DNA of 64,000 nt from Chrysomallon squamiferum (lineage: Eukaryota > Animalia > Mollusca), in NCBI GenBank assembly GCA_012295275.1, contig CM022670.1, positions 19,654,001 through 19,718,000 of the forward strand, given 5' to 3'. Shown in pieces: positions 1 to 29,417 of the stretch (position 1 is the first letter of the stretch; the number at the start of each line of letters is the position of its first letter). The notes under the pieces were generated by a model, which made no database searches, was not told where the DNA came from, and saw nothing but the letters and a program-made list of their open reading frames with translations. The position numbers and the translations under genes are program-made.

Positions 1-885
1 AGAATATCAGTTGCTTCACATTAAGCAACCATGGCAACCAAAACAATATATATACTTTTCATTATTTCTCTATTTCTAAATATTATAGTTAAATATTGTG
101 AAGAAGATTTTGTAATAAAAAAAGAAAATCTGAATTACTAATTATAATGATTAGTGTATTGTACTGATGTTCAACTGTGCTCTCATTAAAACAATACATT
201 TTCCTTTATGTACAGGGAATCTGAGACTAAAAGAGCTACAATGCTTTGTATAGGCATTAATATCCTGACAGGCCTGCTGTTCAATTCTGAAGTTGAGATT
301 TTCCACAACATCAACAGATTCCAAGCAATTTTTCCAGAAGTTAAATTTCAAAAGGTGAATACAGTATTGATATAAATACAACTAATTTATTTATTTATTT
401 TTATTATCATTATCATCATCAACATAATAAATTTCGTTATTATTATTAATATAAAAAAAAAACTATTTATAAATAAGAAATTAAACTATTCCATAATTAA
501 ATGCACTTAAGTCTTGTGAAGTGCAAAAAAAAAATAAAGTAAAAAGCAATTTTGTAATAAATTAGGTCTTCAGTTTTACAGTACACATTCTTTAATTTAT
601 AATAACAGATGAGTACCTAGTTAAAGCAATGGATCACTGCTGCAATATAATGAAGAAATATTGTATATTTATATGAGTTAACATATCTCTAAATAGAATG
701 AAATTCCTGAAGTAGTTTATCCAAAGAAGATTTGATATTTAATGTGTTTTAATGTTTCAGGAGGATTTTTCAAGTTTCTGCAAACTTGCCTTGACAAACC
801 CTGAAGTTTTGTCTATGTATGCCAATTGTCCTTCACAAACATATTAACTTTTACATATCATTATTATTATTATTATTATTGTTAT

Positions 886-917
<32 letters not shown>

Positions 918-1152
918 ATATTATTATTATTAATTTTTGACTGCAGAAGCAAATTCAATATTTGAGGGAAAATAATTATAATTTCACTGCAGTTATCCAA
1001 ATAAACTAATTTTAACTCTTAAAAATAATGACATAAGTTCTATTTTATTATTGCTGTGTGCATTATTGTTTACCAATGTGCGATTTTAATATTAAAGTCA
1101 TTATTAAATAGAACACTGAAAACGGATTTGTTTTGATTTAGTTTGTTTTATG

Positions 1153-1196
<44 letters not shown>

Positions 1197-2666
1197 GTAT
1201 TGGTACGAATAAATAGCATTGCTAAATTTTATATGCTTTCAAAGTATTGTTCTATTTGTATGATAATGAAATAATGAACACGTTCAGAATATATATATAT
1301 GTGTGTGTGTGTGCCTGAGTATGTGTGGATATCTATATGCATTTCTGAATGTGTATGTGTGTGTATATGACGTAACTAATACTATTTGTTAAATGCATTT
1401 GTACTAAATTGTATCTATTACTATATTGAGGAATATCAGTTATTTCTATAAAATACTGACACTGAAGGATGCCTGCTAAATATTATTCATGTATATGCTG
1501 AAGGATTCCTTACACTTCTAAATATCTGTAATGAAGGATATAGCAGAAAAAGAAAACGAAAGATGCAATTTAAGCCATGAGATACTCAGTTATCTCCCAT
1601 GTACTTTATCGGGTTGATTCTCTGCCCAGTTACTGTGAGACAGTGTTGTTTGAATTCCATCTCCTATCGCCTTTCTTCAAGATGTCAGTAAATCTAATAT
1701 ATACAGACTCGGCAATGTCTACAAAATAGAACCACACAATATTGCATTCTGTAATTTTCTGAATGTTATCTAGAAATTAAATATAATTAAGCGAAGTACT
1801 GATGGACATCGCTGATGTTAAGAAGCATTTTTTAATGCAAGTACCACAAATGCGATTATCTTTTTAATTAGTTAAATTCTCATGCGTATCTAAATATATA
1901 TGCCAAACAAAATTTCAGGTCCAAATTAGGCCCATTATTGTAAAAATTTCTTCAACACATGGTACACAAACATAAAATAAAAACTTACATAACTGCTGAA
2001 TAATTTTTCTTTACACGGTACTCAAATTTGTATAAGTAATTTACAGAATTGCTAAATATTTTTCATAACATACTATCCAATACTAGCAATACTATCCGAT
2101 AGTATTTACATTTTAATTTTAGGTGATGTTTTAAAAAATATATTTTGTTTTTATTTTTATCATTGTTTTGTTGTTGTTGTTGTTGTTTTTTGTTGTTATT
2201 TTTGTTTGTTTTGTTTTGTGTTTATGCTTCAAAGCCCCATCAGCAACATATTCTGTTTGATTAATATGTCAAACAATGTTTCTGTGAAATTAAATTCTTA
2301 TTTTATTTACTTATTCAATAGTTCAAAAAAATAAGCACTGACATATCTTGCAAGACGACCACATGTATAAAAGCTCATTTTTGATGTCATTAATAAATCT
2401 TATAAAATGCATCAGTCGTAATAAGAACACGTAAGTCAGATATAATTTTCAATATCATGTTGCTTAGGGAAGTCAGTAACATAACTATATACAAACATAC
2501 ATACATACATACGTACGTACGTACATACATACATACATACATACATACATACATAAATTCATACATTCCAGATTCTAAAATCAGCGGTAAAGAGCACATA
2601 AAAAAGTCATCATAAATTTATTATGCATTTTTATTTTGTTTTTAAAATCAAAGCATACATATATGC

Positions 2667-2707
<41 letters not shown>

Positions 2708-3029
2708 TCATAAATTCCCAAACAAAATCAAAATAAGGATGTTATTTAATTATTTGAATTTTGAACACAAAATGTAAACAAAACGAAGCAACGTGAAATA
2801 TATACAAAACATCTCTAACTGTCTCTTCCGTCTAGGCTTCATTTCATCATTCTCTATAACTTTATTATCTTTATTATAATACATCTTGTAGCCCATTCTT
2901 TTTTCAGTGAGATCAAAGATAACCAAGGCTTGTCCACCATCACGGGGGACTGATCACACAGTTCAAAACACTGGAAATTGGTCAAACAAAATATCGAGTT
3001 CAGAAAGATCTTATTAGGCATTGCGATAA

Positions 3030-3030
<1 letters not shown>

Positions 3031-3078
<48 letters not shown>

Positions 3079-3174
3079 GTAGTAGTAGTAGTACTAGCAG
3101 TCGCAGTAGTAGTAATAACAGTAGCAGTAATAGTATTAGTAGTAGTAGTAGTAGTAAGCAACAGCAGCAGCAGC

Positions 3175-3205
<31 letters not shown>

Positions 3206-3208
3206 CAC

Positions 3209-3239
<31 letters not shown>

Positions 3240-3243
3240 ATAA
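3031..3243. repeat. Compound (AAT)n/(AGT)n/(AGC)n microsatellite
   Basis: Direct reading. Confidence 0.95.
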
Positions 3244-3782
3244 TACAAGTAATAGTAGTTCAGGTACCGAACCATGTATCCGACAAGACTGGGGATGTGC
3301 GGTTTTCTGCATTTGTAGGATTTTGAGATCAAGGCTAAATCTTTACTGAACATATAAAATAAACAAAGAAAACTAAAGAATGAAACTGTGTTTAAAAGAT
3401 ACAAATTAATACACTTCTTTAGCAGTGTGTGTTTTGATCTTTATTAATTTACTTAAAATTCTTAAAAGTTGCGTTTCTGGCAGTCTTTTAGACATGATAA
3501 TAAATGAAAATGAGAGTAAAGTGAAACAAGTAATAACTTACTGTGAGAGGATCGTCTGTCAACAGCAACACTCTGATTTAAATTGGCGTACCAGAAACCA
3601 AAGCCCATATAATTCAAATGTAGGTAATTTAAAAAATAGCAGGTTTCCTGGGGTTTTATGATTTCTGGAACGGCATAAACGGTTCGGCACATGTAATAGT
3701 AGTAGTAGTAGTACAATATTTATTTATTTAATGAACTGGATATATATTTGTGTAATAATTTTGCATTCATAATTGTATTATA

Positions 3783-11741
<7,959 letters not shown>

Positions 11742-12087
11742 AGCGAAAATGTTTCGTAGATAAACCAACCAGGAAGTTTACGCAATACTTATTGTCACGA
11801 TTCACCAATGACAAAAAAGATAAACAGCATCTTACATTACATAATATATTGTATTGAAAACCCCAAAGCAAATACTTTTGGACAGAGGAATGTAACTCTG
11901 TTAAATTAAACTAAATTTGGATCCAGGAAAACTGGTTTTTCACTCGTAGTGAAATCAGGTCACATCATACAGAAAACTTGTCATCATATTAGTGTCATAA
12001 TACCCCTGTTAATATATATCACAGATTTATAAATATGACAGACAAACCGCACAAACGTGTACATATGCCTTTGTTTCTGTATACTGC

Positions 12088-12099
12088 GTGTGTGTGTGG

Positions 12100-12184
<85 letters not shown>
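12088..12184. repeat. (GT)n-(GA)n microsatellite
   Basis: Direct reading. Confidence 0.95.
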
Positions 12185-12186
<2 letters not shown>

Positions 12187-12549
12187 AAACAAATTAATAT
12201 AACAGCTTGGACATCTCTAACTTCACCTGACATTTGTTTTGTTTTTGTTGTAATTGTTTTGACAGGGATGTTATTGTTCTTGCAGTTTATATATTTATCT
12301 CCTAGGCTTTTTGGGGACAATTGTTTGGTTATTTTAAACTTTCTAATAGAGTTTTTTTTTTTCTTCCTTTTCTTTCTTTTTCAAATTTAACAGCAGTATT
12401 TAATTTTAATAACGTTTTATTGTTTAAACGAGCATAAAATTTGTTTTAAAATAATTACTAAATAAAATGCTGTTATTAGAAACTAATTAGGCTTTTTTAT
12501 TTTATTTTATTTTATTTTTATTTTTAATTTTTTTATGCTTTTGTCACAG

Positions 12550-13748
12550 AATATCAGATTGGTTTGTATGGATCAAACTGTAATAAGTTTTGTTCCAGCA
12601 GACACAGTTTACATCAGTCTATATGTAACACACTGACTGGGACTTATAATGGACAGTTTGAGCTGGATGGAAAGGAATTGACTGAACTGAAGGTAGGTAC
12701 AGATATACACATTTTTATTTTTGCATGTATGAATGTATATGTGTGTGTATTTATGTATGTATGTATGTATGTATGTATGTATGTATGTATGTATGTATGT
12801 GTACATATATCCATCCATCCATACATACATACACAGAGGTGAGTGCGTTTCCGAATATTGTCTATATGCAGTCTAATCAGACGAATAGAATATGTATTCC
12901 TAAATATATTCCTGCCAGTGCCAGGTTTCCCACAGAAACAAAATGCATAGAAAAATGACGAAAGACAAATAATGGCGTACTTCGTTAGGAAGTGATGATT
13001 ATCCTCGTTGCGATTGCCAATTTCATTAACAAGAAACAAATAGACAAAAACACTCAAAAACATTATTAACTATATAATGTCAGTTTAATTAAAGTTAATG
13101 ACAACCAGAAGCGATAACATTTTTTTTCTAAATCATAGAAAACAAATCAGAATGTCTAATTAATTGTGTTTAGTCTGAAGTTTCCTTGTTTAGAATAGAG
13201 AAAATGTCACATATATTTGTGTGTGCTTATGTGTATGTATATGTGTGTATGTGTGTACAGCAATCTTTTTAATGAATTTATGTAAAGTGTAATTTTTCAT
13301 AAAAATTAACAGCTAAGCAAAGTCAGAATTTAGAGTAATAAGATTTTATTATTTGTGAAACAGTATCTCTCTACGTGTTAAATATTTTAATTATATAAAA
13401 TATGCACTTACTAACTAATAACGTAAAAAAAGGAATACATCTGCTGATTATACGAAGACAAACATCCTCCAGAGAACTTTCAGTATCATTTGCAAGAAAC
13501 GGCAAAAGTCATCCCAGAATAGCAGCTACTCCGTCATCAGTGTATGAAGTATTTGATGAAGACGTCAGTAGAGTCACACCACCAGATCACAATGGCACTC
13601 AAACAATTTCACCACGTGGTGATGAGACAAGTTATGTAAACACCTGACATCAAGAAGAACTGAAGTATTCGAGAAATAAACGATTATGATAAACTAGATA
13701 CTGATGTTACTGGACAGGGATCTCCATACGAAAACATTTAAAAAGTAA
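12550..13748 (+). pseudogene. Relic C-type paralogue: degenerate EGF exon (12550-12692) and tail exon (~13433-13748)
   Basis: EGF exon has lost Cys and is frameshifted; tail has TGA at 13645-13647 plus a frameshift before YDKL; no lectin or TM exon seen. Confidence 0.82.
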
Positions 13749-15763
13749 TATATATATGTAGACACAGCTTTTATAAGTAAAGGTAAAATGATTTATTAAT
13801 TATTTTAGCAATGTCTGTAAAGCACATGTACTATTTTTATGTATACTATAACTTTATAAAAGAAACGTTATTTCTCTTAATAATATGAACAATATAAATC
13901 ATTTTAGTCATTTCATTATAGATAAGTAAATAGATTTCTAGATGCCTATTGTCCAAATTAACAGAAAGGCACTAACTCTACCATATGACATTGCATATGG
14001 TAGAAATTTAATAAAACAGTCCGAGTATTACTATTAGAACAGTAAATTAACAATGTATTATGTCATCATGACAGATTGTCATTGTTCTAAATAGATGGAG
14101 CCCTACTGAGTACTAAAAATATTGTAACTGCAAGATGACGATGCTCATAGTCTGATCAAAAGTATATTATACAGACTGACTAACTAATTACGAAAGATTA
14201 GATCTACTGGAAACACGTTATTACAGTAAACTAAAAATGAATAATTTTTGTATATGTTCATGGCGGCCAACAACCGTGACACAAATCAGATACTGGAACA
14301 TCATATCAAAACCTAATAAACCAACAAGATGTAAATTATTATAATAAACAAGAATTTAAAAGTGCTGCTTTATGATTAAGTAAGTAAAAGAAATTCAGAG
14401 TGATTTATTGTAGCATTGCTTCCAATATAGATTTATTTGACTACATATACAAGTTAATCTTCGGTGAATAACGTTCATTTCTTTGTTTCTTAAAAGGTAC
14501 ACATATATCCTGATATGAAAAGTATTACAAATATTATTGTTTCACTATTCTCTTTTCATTTCTTTTACACATAAACAATACAACGTTACAGACATCTAGT
14601 GATACGCGAGTCTAAATAAAAGTAATCTGATTTTATGACTTATTTCTATTATAGACAATGTATGTATGTTTGTTTATTTCATTGTTTTAGCTTTAATTAA
14701 TGATACCATATATTAATTATTTACCAGCATAATTTTTTCATTAAACTTCTAAGTATATTTACTACAGTTGTTTATACATTTCATTTCATAAAAAAAACAT
14801 TTTTTATTTGCGTTAAATCTTAAGGCTTAAGACTTTAGTCATTAATATGTCAAGTAATATAATTTGTAATTTGTGTATTTTGGTTATTATGAAGCAAAAA
14901 AGTATATTCATTTCATACACCCACCAACCAATCCACATACACGCACACGTTTGTAAATAGGCAACTTAACGCTGAAACATACATACATACATACATACAT
15001 TCATGCATATGCACATACATACATATGCTCATGCATAAAAATACATACATATACACATTCACACATACATACATACATACTTATAAAAGATCAAATAACA
15101 TAGCTCTAAGCTTAGTATAAATATATATATGATACATACGGATAGTGATATTTGATACACTTCAGTCTACATTTTATTACAGTTCTTTTCAAATATTTAT
15201 CCATTCGTGCATGCTTAAATACATACTGACACTAAGAACTGACCTTTTTACATGAAACATTTGTCTCGTTGTAGAAGAATCAACAGATCTCTATAGTTTT
15301 CGATACGCTCGGTCTAGCTGTCTGATATGTCTGAAAGATAACTTGTGGCGAAGAGCAAGATTATTTATCATTATGGTGTTTGTTTCATATAACTGGGTGT
15401 ATTAATAATACTTGTTTGTTACATTAAATGCTACATATTTTATTAGTATTATCTGTGTTATCGCATGAACAGTAAAGGCATAGTCTGAGTAAATCGCTCT
15501 AGGTCAAACGATCAGCATAGAAAAAACGATTTTATATTTACTAACGTATCATTTCTGTATTTATAAAAATCATAATACAGTATTAAGTTATGTTTTATTT
15601 TTATTAATATCTTAAAATAAAGTTATTATCATCACTGCACAAACATTTATATATATAGATCCCCTGAATAAATGTATGTACGTTTGTGTTCATATGTATA
15701 TATATATATGTGTCCATGTTTTGTGATGTGTTTTATATTGGTATATAACAGCTGACAATATAG

Positions 15764-15960
15764 GGGTATTCATGTCTCCACACTTCCTCCGTAAGCAAAG
15801 CCTATTAGCTATCTTTACTACGATCAACAATGATCAATATGAAAACACCGCTTGTGGGACAACGTGGAGGCCGAAAATTAAACTTTATGGGTGTGGAAAT
15901 AGCACGCTTTGATTGGTTGAAGTTCCGAAACGATTGACACCTGTGGAAGCATGAAAAACC
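15764..15960. mobile_element. Putative ~200-bp MITE-like insertion upstream of gene B
   Basis: Absent at the homologous site before C and D; ends gggtattcatgtctccaca / tgtggaagcatgaaaaacc form an imperfect inverted repeat (15/19). Confidence 0.45.
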
Positions 15961-16115
15961 TGACTGATGAGAGAATGTATATAAAAAGTTTTCTAGGTAT
16001 TGTGACATAATTTTAGTACGAGTAAAAACCTTTAAAATCAGTGTGTTTAATTTATATAGTGTTTATCGAGTCTTGTGTAAACTCTCAATTTTACTTCCTG
16101 GACGGTTTGTCTACG

Positions 16116-24433
<8,318 letters not shown>

Positions 24434-25918
24434 TAAACACACACATACAGACAAACACACACACACCAAATATTTCGTCATGGTTTCTGAGTGAGAGTAA
24501 AATGATTTATTAAATATATTTTAGCAATCTTTGTACTATAAAAATATATAAAAATATACTAATAACATGAACAATATAAAGTATTTTATATCAAACAGAT
24601 TTACATATGTTTCAAAGACATTTCTATAGATTGCTGATATTTCATTAAATGTCTGATATCGCGCATTGTGAATATTTAGTAAAAGTAATAGTGTGAATAT
24701 TACTATTAATTAATAATGTACTAATATCATCATGACGATTGTTTAATAAGAAATTGCTGATTATATTTTATAAGCAGCTTGAACTGAGTAATAAAAATAT
24801 TTTAACCAACATTGTATGTTGCAAATGAAATAACCCAAGCATTAGTGCAGAAAATTTGCTGGATTTGTGAATACATTTCATTGAATAGTTTGCACTGCAT
24901 ACAAAAGTGTAAACTTCAAATCATACAAGAATGGAGACTAATAGTATTTATACGAGACTCAAGATTCACATAGTCTGATCAAGAGTATATTGTACAGACT
25001 GACACTAACCAATTACGAAAGATTGGATCCAAGGAAATATTTTATTGTAATAAACTAAAAAATGTTTTGTATATATTCATTGCGGCCAACAATCATGACT
25101 TAACCCAGTTACAGGAACATCATACTAAAAACTAATAAGCCAACAAGATGTAAATTATTATGATAAACAGGATTTTAAAAGTGTTGTGTTATAATCAAGT
25201 AAGTAAAAAACAATTCAGAGTGATTTGTTACACCTGTGTTGCTTTAATATACATTTGACTACAAATAGTCAACATGCCGTGAATAACGTTTATTTCTTTT
25301 TTTCTTAAAAGCTATACAAAACATTTCAGTGCAACCACACATATTCTAGTATAGCAATTTATAAAAAATATTACAATTATTTTTGTTTCGCTTTTTCTGT
25401 TTTTCTTTTTAATATGTGTAATAACTATATATGGTGCCTCACGAGTGTTTGATTCTGGAAAAATTATACACATTTTTAAAAAAAAATATTTAGACAATGT
25501 TTAGAGGGTATTTAGCGTATTCAGGATATTTTCAAACGATATTAAAACTCAAATTTAAATTCTTTTTTGAAAAAATTAAATGTTTCTATCATACACAGCT
25601 CGATAACTTGTATTTTTTGCCTGTTATTACTTTATTGTTATTTCAGAATTATTCCCCTTGAAATAGTATTATGATATATCTCTATAATAGACATGTGCGT
25701 ATGTTTGTTGATTCGTTTGGTTGTATGTTCTTTTTTCTTAATTATTATATTACATATTAAGTATTTATCAACAACAATATTTAATTAAATATATTTTAAA
25801 ATCAATGAGCGTTTGTTTACATCTTCATTGAGGTATGTCTGTGAACGAGCATGTACGAGTGTTTGTGCCTATACATACACACATGCGCATTGAGACAGAT
25901 TTATACACAAATACATAC

Positions 25919-25956
<38 letters not shown>

Positions 25957-26748
25957 GAATGTTATGTATACAATACAAAAGGGCTACAGATATTGTAACA
26001 GAAAAAGGTTACACCTCAGTTTACATACAACTCAACCTCTTTTCAAATATTTATCCATTCATGTGTATCCTAGATACGTGACGTGAATGACATTAAGAAC
26101 TGGCCTCTGAGCGTCAACCTTTTGTCTGCTTATAAAAGAGTCAAATGATCTGTTTTCGTTACACTCAGCAAAACTACTGCGAAGTGCAGTGTTATGTATC
26201 ATTATGTTATTTATTTCATAAACCTTCGTTGTATAGACTGCATTTTCAGATTACATTAAATGCTAAAAAAATATTTTTGTATTGTCCGGTTGTTGTTTGA
26301 GTCAATCGCTCTGTATCAAACGATCTGCATAGATAAAACGAATTTACATTTATTAACATATTTTTGTTCTATATGTCTAAAATGTTTAACACTATGTTAA
26401 CTTATCTATTTTATTTTGATTTCCAGGTGAAATAATTTTAAAAAACGTTTTTGTTGGAAAGAATTCAAATATTAAAACGTTTGTTCTTATTATAGAAGGA
26501 ACAGGCCTGCATCTAGGTTTTATTGAACATGTTAATTACACTAAACATTTATTCTCTAAACTATAAATTTAAAATAATATATCACTACATCCATATTCAC
26601 TATAATAAATAATTAACAAAATAAAATGTTCAAGTCTTGTATTAATTGTTAAATTTTGTAATTCTCAGCATAACAGTTCTAAGCGTTTTCCTTCCTTTCC
26701 TGCTCTGATAATCCTTTATTTTTAAAAGAAGGAGCTGTATTTTTAAAT

Positions 26749-26751
<3 letters not shown>

Positions 26752-26811
<60 letters not shown>
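26752..26811. repeat. (CA)n microsatellite upstream of gene C (paralogous tract at 47962-48013)
   Basis: Direct reading. Confidence 0.95.
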
Positions 26812-26813
<2 letters not shown>

Positions 26814-26939
26814 CGTGTGTTTGAGAGTATGTGGGTTTCTGTGTTTTGTTTATATATACGTATGTATGCGTACTTGTCTATATTCTTATTATATGTTTTA
26901 TATTCTTATATACAAGTTGAAAATACAGGGGTATTATTA

Positions 26940-27181
26940 CACATTTCTGATGAAAGAATGTGTTGTGACCTAATTTCAGTACGAGTAAAAAACCTGTTTT
27001 CCCGGATCCAAATTTAACCTCAATGTATTACATTCCTCTGTTCTATTCATATTTGTTAAGAACTTTTCACCAGAACATATTAGATGGTATTTTTCTTTTC
27101 TCATTGGTGAATCATGACAACGAATCTTGTGTAAACTCGCAATTTTACTTCCTGGTTGCTTTGTCTACGAAAATTTTCGCT
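26940..27181 (+). promoter_or_regulatory. Conserved upstream/5'UTR block with an ETS-like ACTTCCTG and an inverted CCAAT
   Basis: Block recurs before SP1 in A (inverted, ~11742-12010), B, D and the emptied unit; function is inferred only. Confidence 0.4.
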
Positions 27182-27260
27182 ATGGCTGGGTTCTGGATAA
27201 GTCTTCAGTTTCTAGTTTGTTGTTTGATTTTACAATCAGCACAGACGATAGCCGGATATA
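27182..27260 (+). CDS. Gene C signal-peptide exon SP1
   Basis: MAGFWISLQFLVCCLILQSAQTIAGY + A|GTAAGT. Confidence 0.75.
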
Positions 27261-28387
27261 GTAAGTTATTATTATTATTATTATTTATTTTTTATTTTTG
27301 GGTTTTTCTTTTGTTGTTGTTGTTGTTGATGTTGTTACTGGTGATGGTATATGTTTGAGAGAATTAGCGAAATCAAATACCAGGAAGATGTTACGTTTCA
27401 GTGAACATTAATACACGTTTCAGAACAGCATATGAATATAAATAGTTGTTGTCGTTATTGTAATATAAACAATTTCAGCAACAACAATAAGAATTAATAA
27501 TATAAATAGTACCACACATTTGTTTCAATACAGAAGAGTCAACTGATCTGTTTTCCTTGTTGTTCATGCTATTGAAATATAAACAAGTTCATCAAGAACA
27601 ATAATAATTAATAATTAATTAATAATGTTTTATACATACTAACCATTAATAATATAAAGTTTTGAAGTTCATTATTTATTCATCTATTTTTCATGTACCT
27701 TCTTTCATGTACATTTGCTGTTTATTGTTACAATGTTAACAAAACTATGAAAACTACATTAAAACAACACATAAGTAGTATATTATCCAGAGGACATTGA
27801 TATACAAGTTTGATGGAAGATGAGTTACTCGACAACATAAACATATGTTGATAACAAACACTTATATTCTGTGTTTCACAGAAAAACCCATCAATACTGA
27901 ATATTTCTATATAAACTGTAAACTGTTTTGATCTTAACTACAGCCAGTACAAAACATAGCATTGACATAATTCTTTAATTATAATTATACCATTTTAGTT
28001 CAAATGATTCGTCGAATATTCACATAAATGAAGAAAACAGTTATAAAACAATAATTACTGTAGCAAGGCTGTCATTCCTATAACAATAAAAAATTATATT
28101 AACTATACTGTTGAGATATTGTCATAATTATAAATAGTATTACTAAAGTAAATATAAGAATTATTTATAACTACTCTGTATATTTAATACAAGTAATTTT
28201 GAATACTGAGACGATATGTTGGACTTCAGATACATTGGAGAACACAAAAAGTATAATAAATATTATGGCTGTTATTACTACTAATAATACCGTTAACAAC
28301 AATTTCCCAAGCAGACTTGAAAAGCTCTTTGGTGATAAGTATACGTCACTTTAGAGTTTTCAAAAGAAATGCGAATTTATTGCATTG

Positions 28388-28455
<68 letters not shown>

Positions 28456-29380
28456 CGAATATAAGTCTATGGCTCTATGACTGGCTCTTTTCATCTCATG
28501 TATCTCATTTCCACACAGATATTAATAAAATTACAGACTGAGTCTCTCTTTTGAACCGTGATTCTGTATCGTTCCCGAATCGGACACAAGATAATTTTAC
28601 TTCCTTGTTTATTACATTGGATAATGGCTGCAACGTGGATATGTTTTCGTTTTTTATTTTGTTATCTGATTTTAGGATCAGGAAAAACGTTTGCTTCTTC
28701 GGGTAATCTTAATTTTAATTATTATTTTTCGAAGACTACCTTTAACTTACTTTGATAAAAACAAATATTGCAAAAAGAATTTTGCAAAGAAAACTTATGT
28801 TTCTTCCTCTGTTATTATCACTAAGACGAAGATATAACGTTTCAGGTTGATATGAATATATATTTCAGAATACTATTTGAATGTAGAAAAGAGTAGTTAT
28901 AAAAGCAATAATATTAATTAAGATGCAGAAATACGGCCATAATCACTGAAATATTTATCATCTCTAAATCACTGTCAATTTTCAATCAAAATTAAGAAGA
29001 ATTCAGCTACAGATTACTGAATGCTTTATGAGTTGTTTAAAATATCGTGGAAATATTTCGAATATTATAGTAGGCGAGGAACTCATGACGTTGTACGTTT
29101 TATTTCGGTTTTATTTATTTTGTGTGGTTTTGGGTGAATGGATGGATCGACAGTTGTATAGGGTTTATTACAAAACGACATTTTATATGACAGCACATAT
29201 TTTATATACGAAGTACAGCAAATTAATTATGTGTTCATGGTTGCTACTTCGATATGTATTTTCTTTCTAATTTGGAATCAAAACGAAAATGTGTTAAAGT
29301 AATGAATATGAATGAGAAAAAAGGGTTTCTGTATCTGCTTACGTGTTTTGCATTTTTTTGTTGTTGTTGTGTTTGTTGTT

Positions 29381-29417
<37 letters not shown>

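Noticed and set aside
1-3030. Possible exons or TE fragments (1590-1900, 2820-3030, ORF 151-381)
   Set aside because: No recognisable domain or consistent splice and frame support
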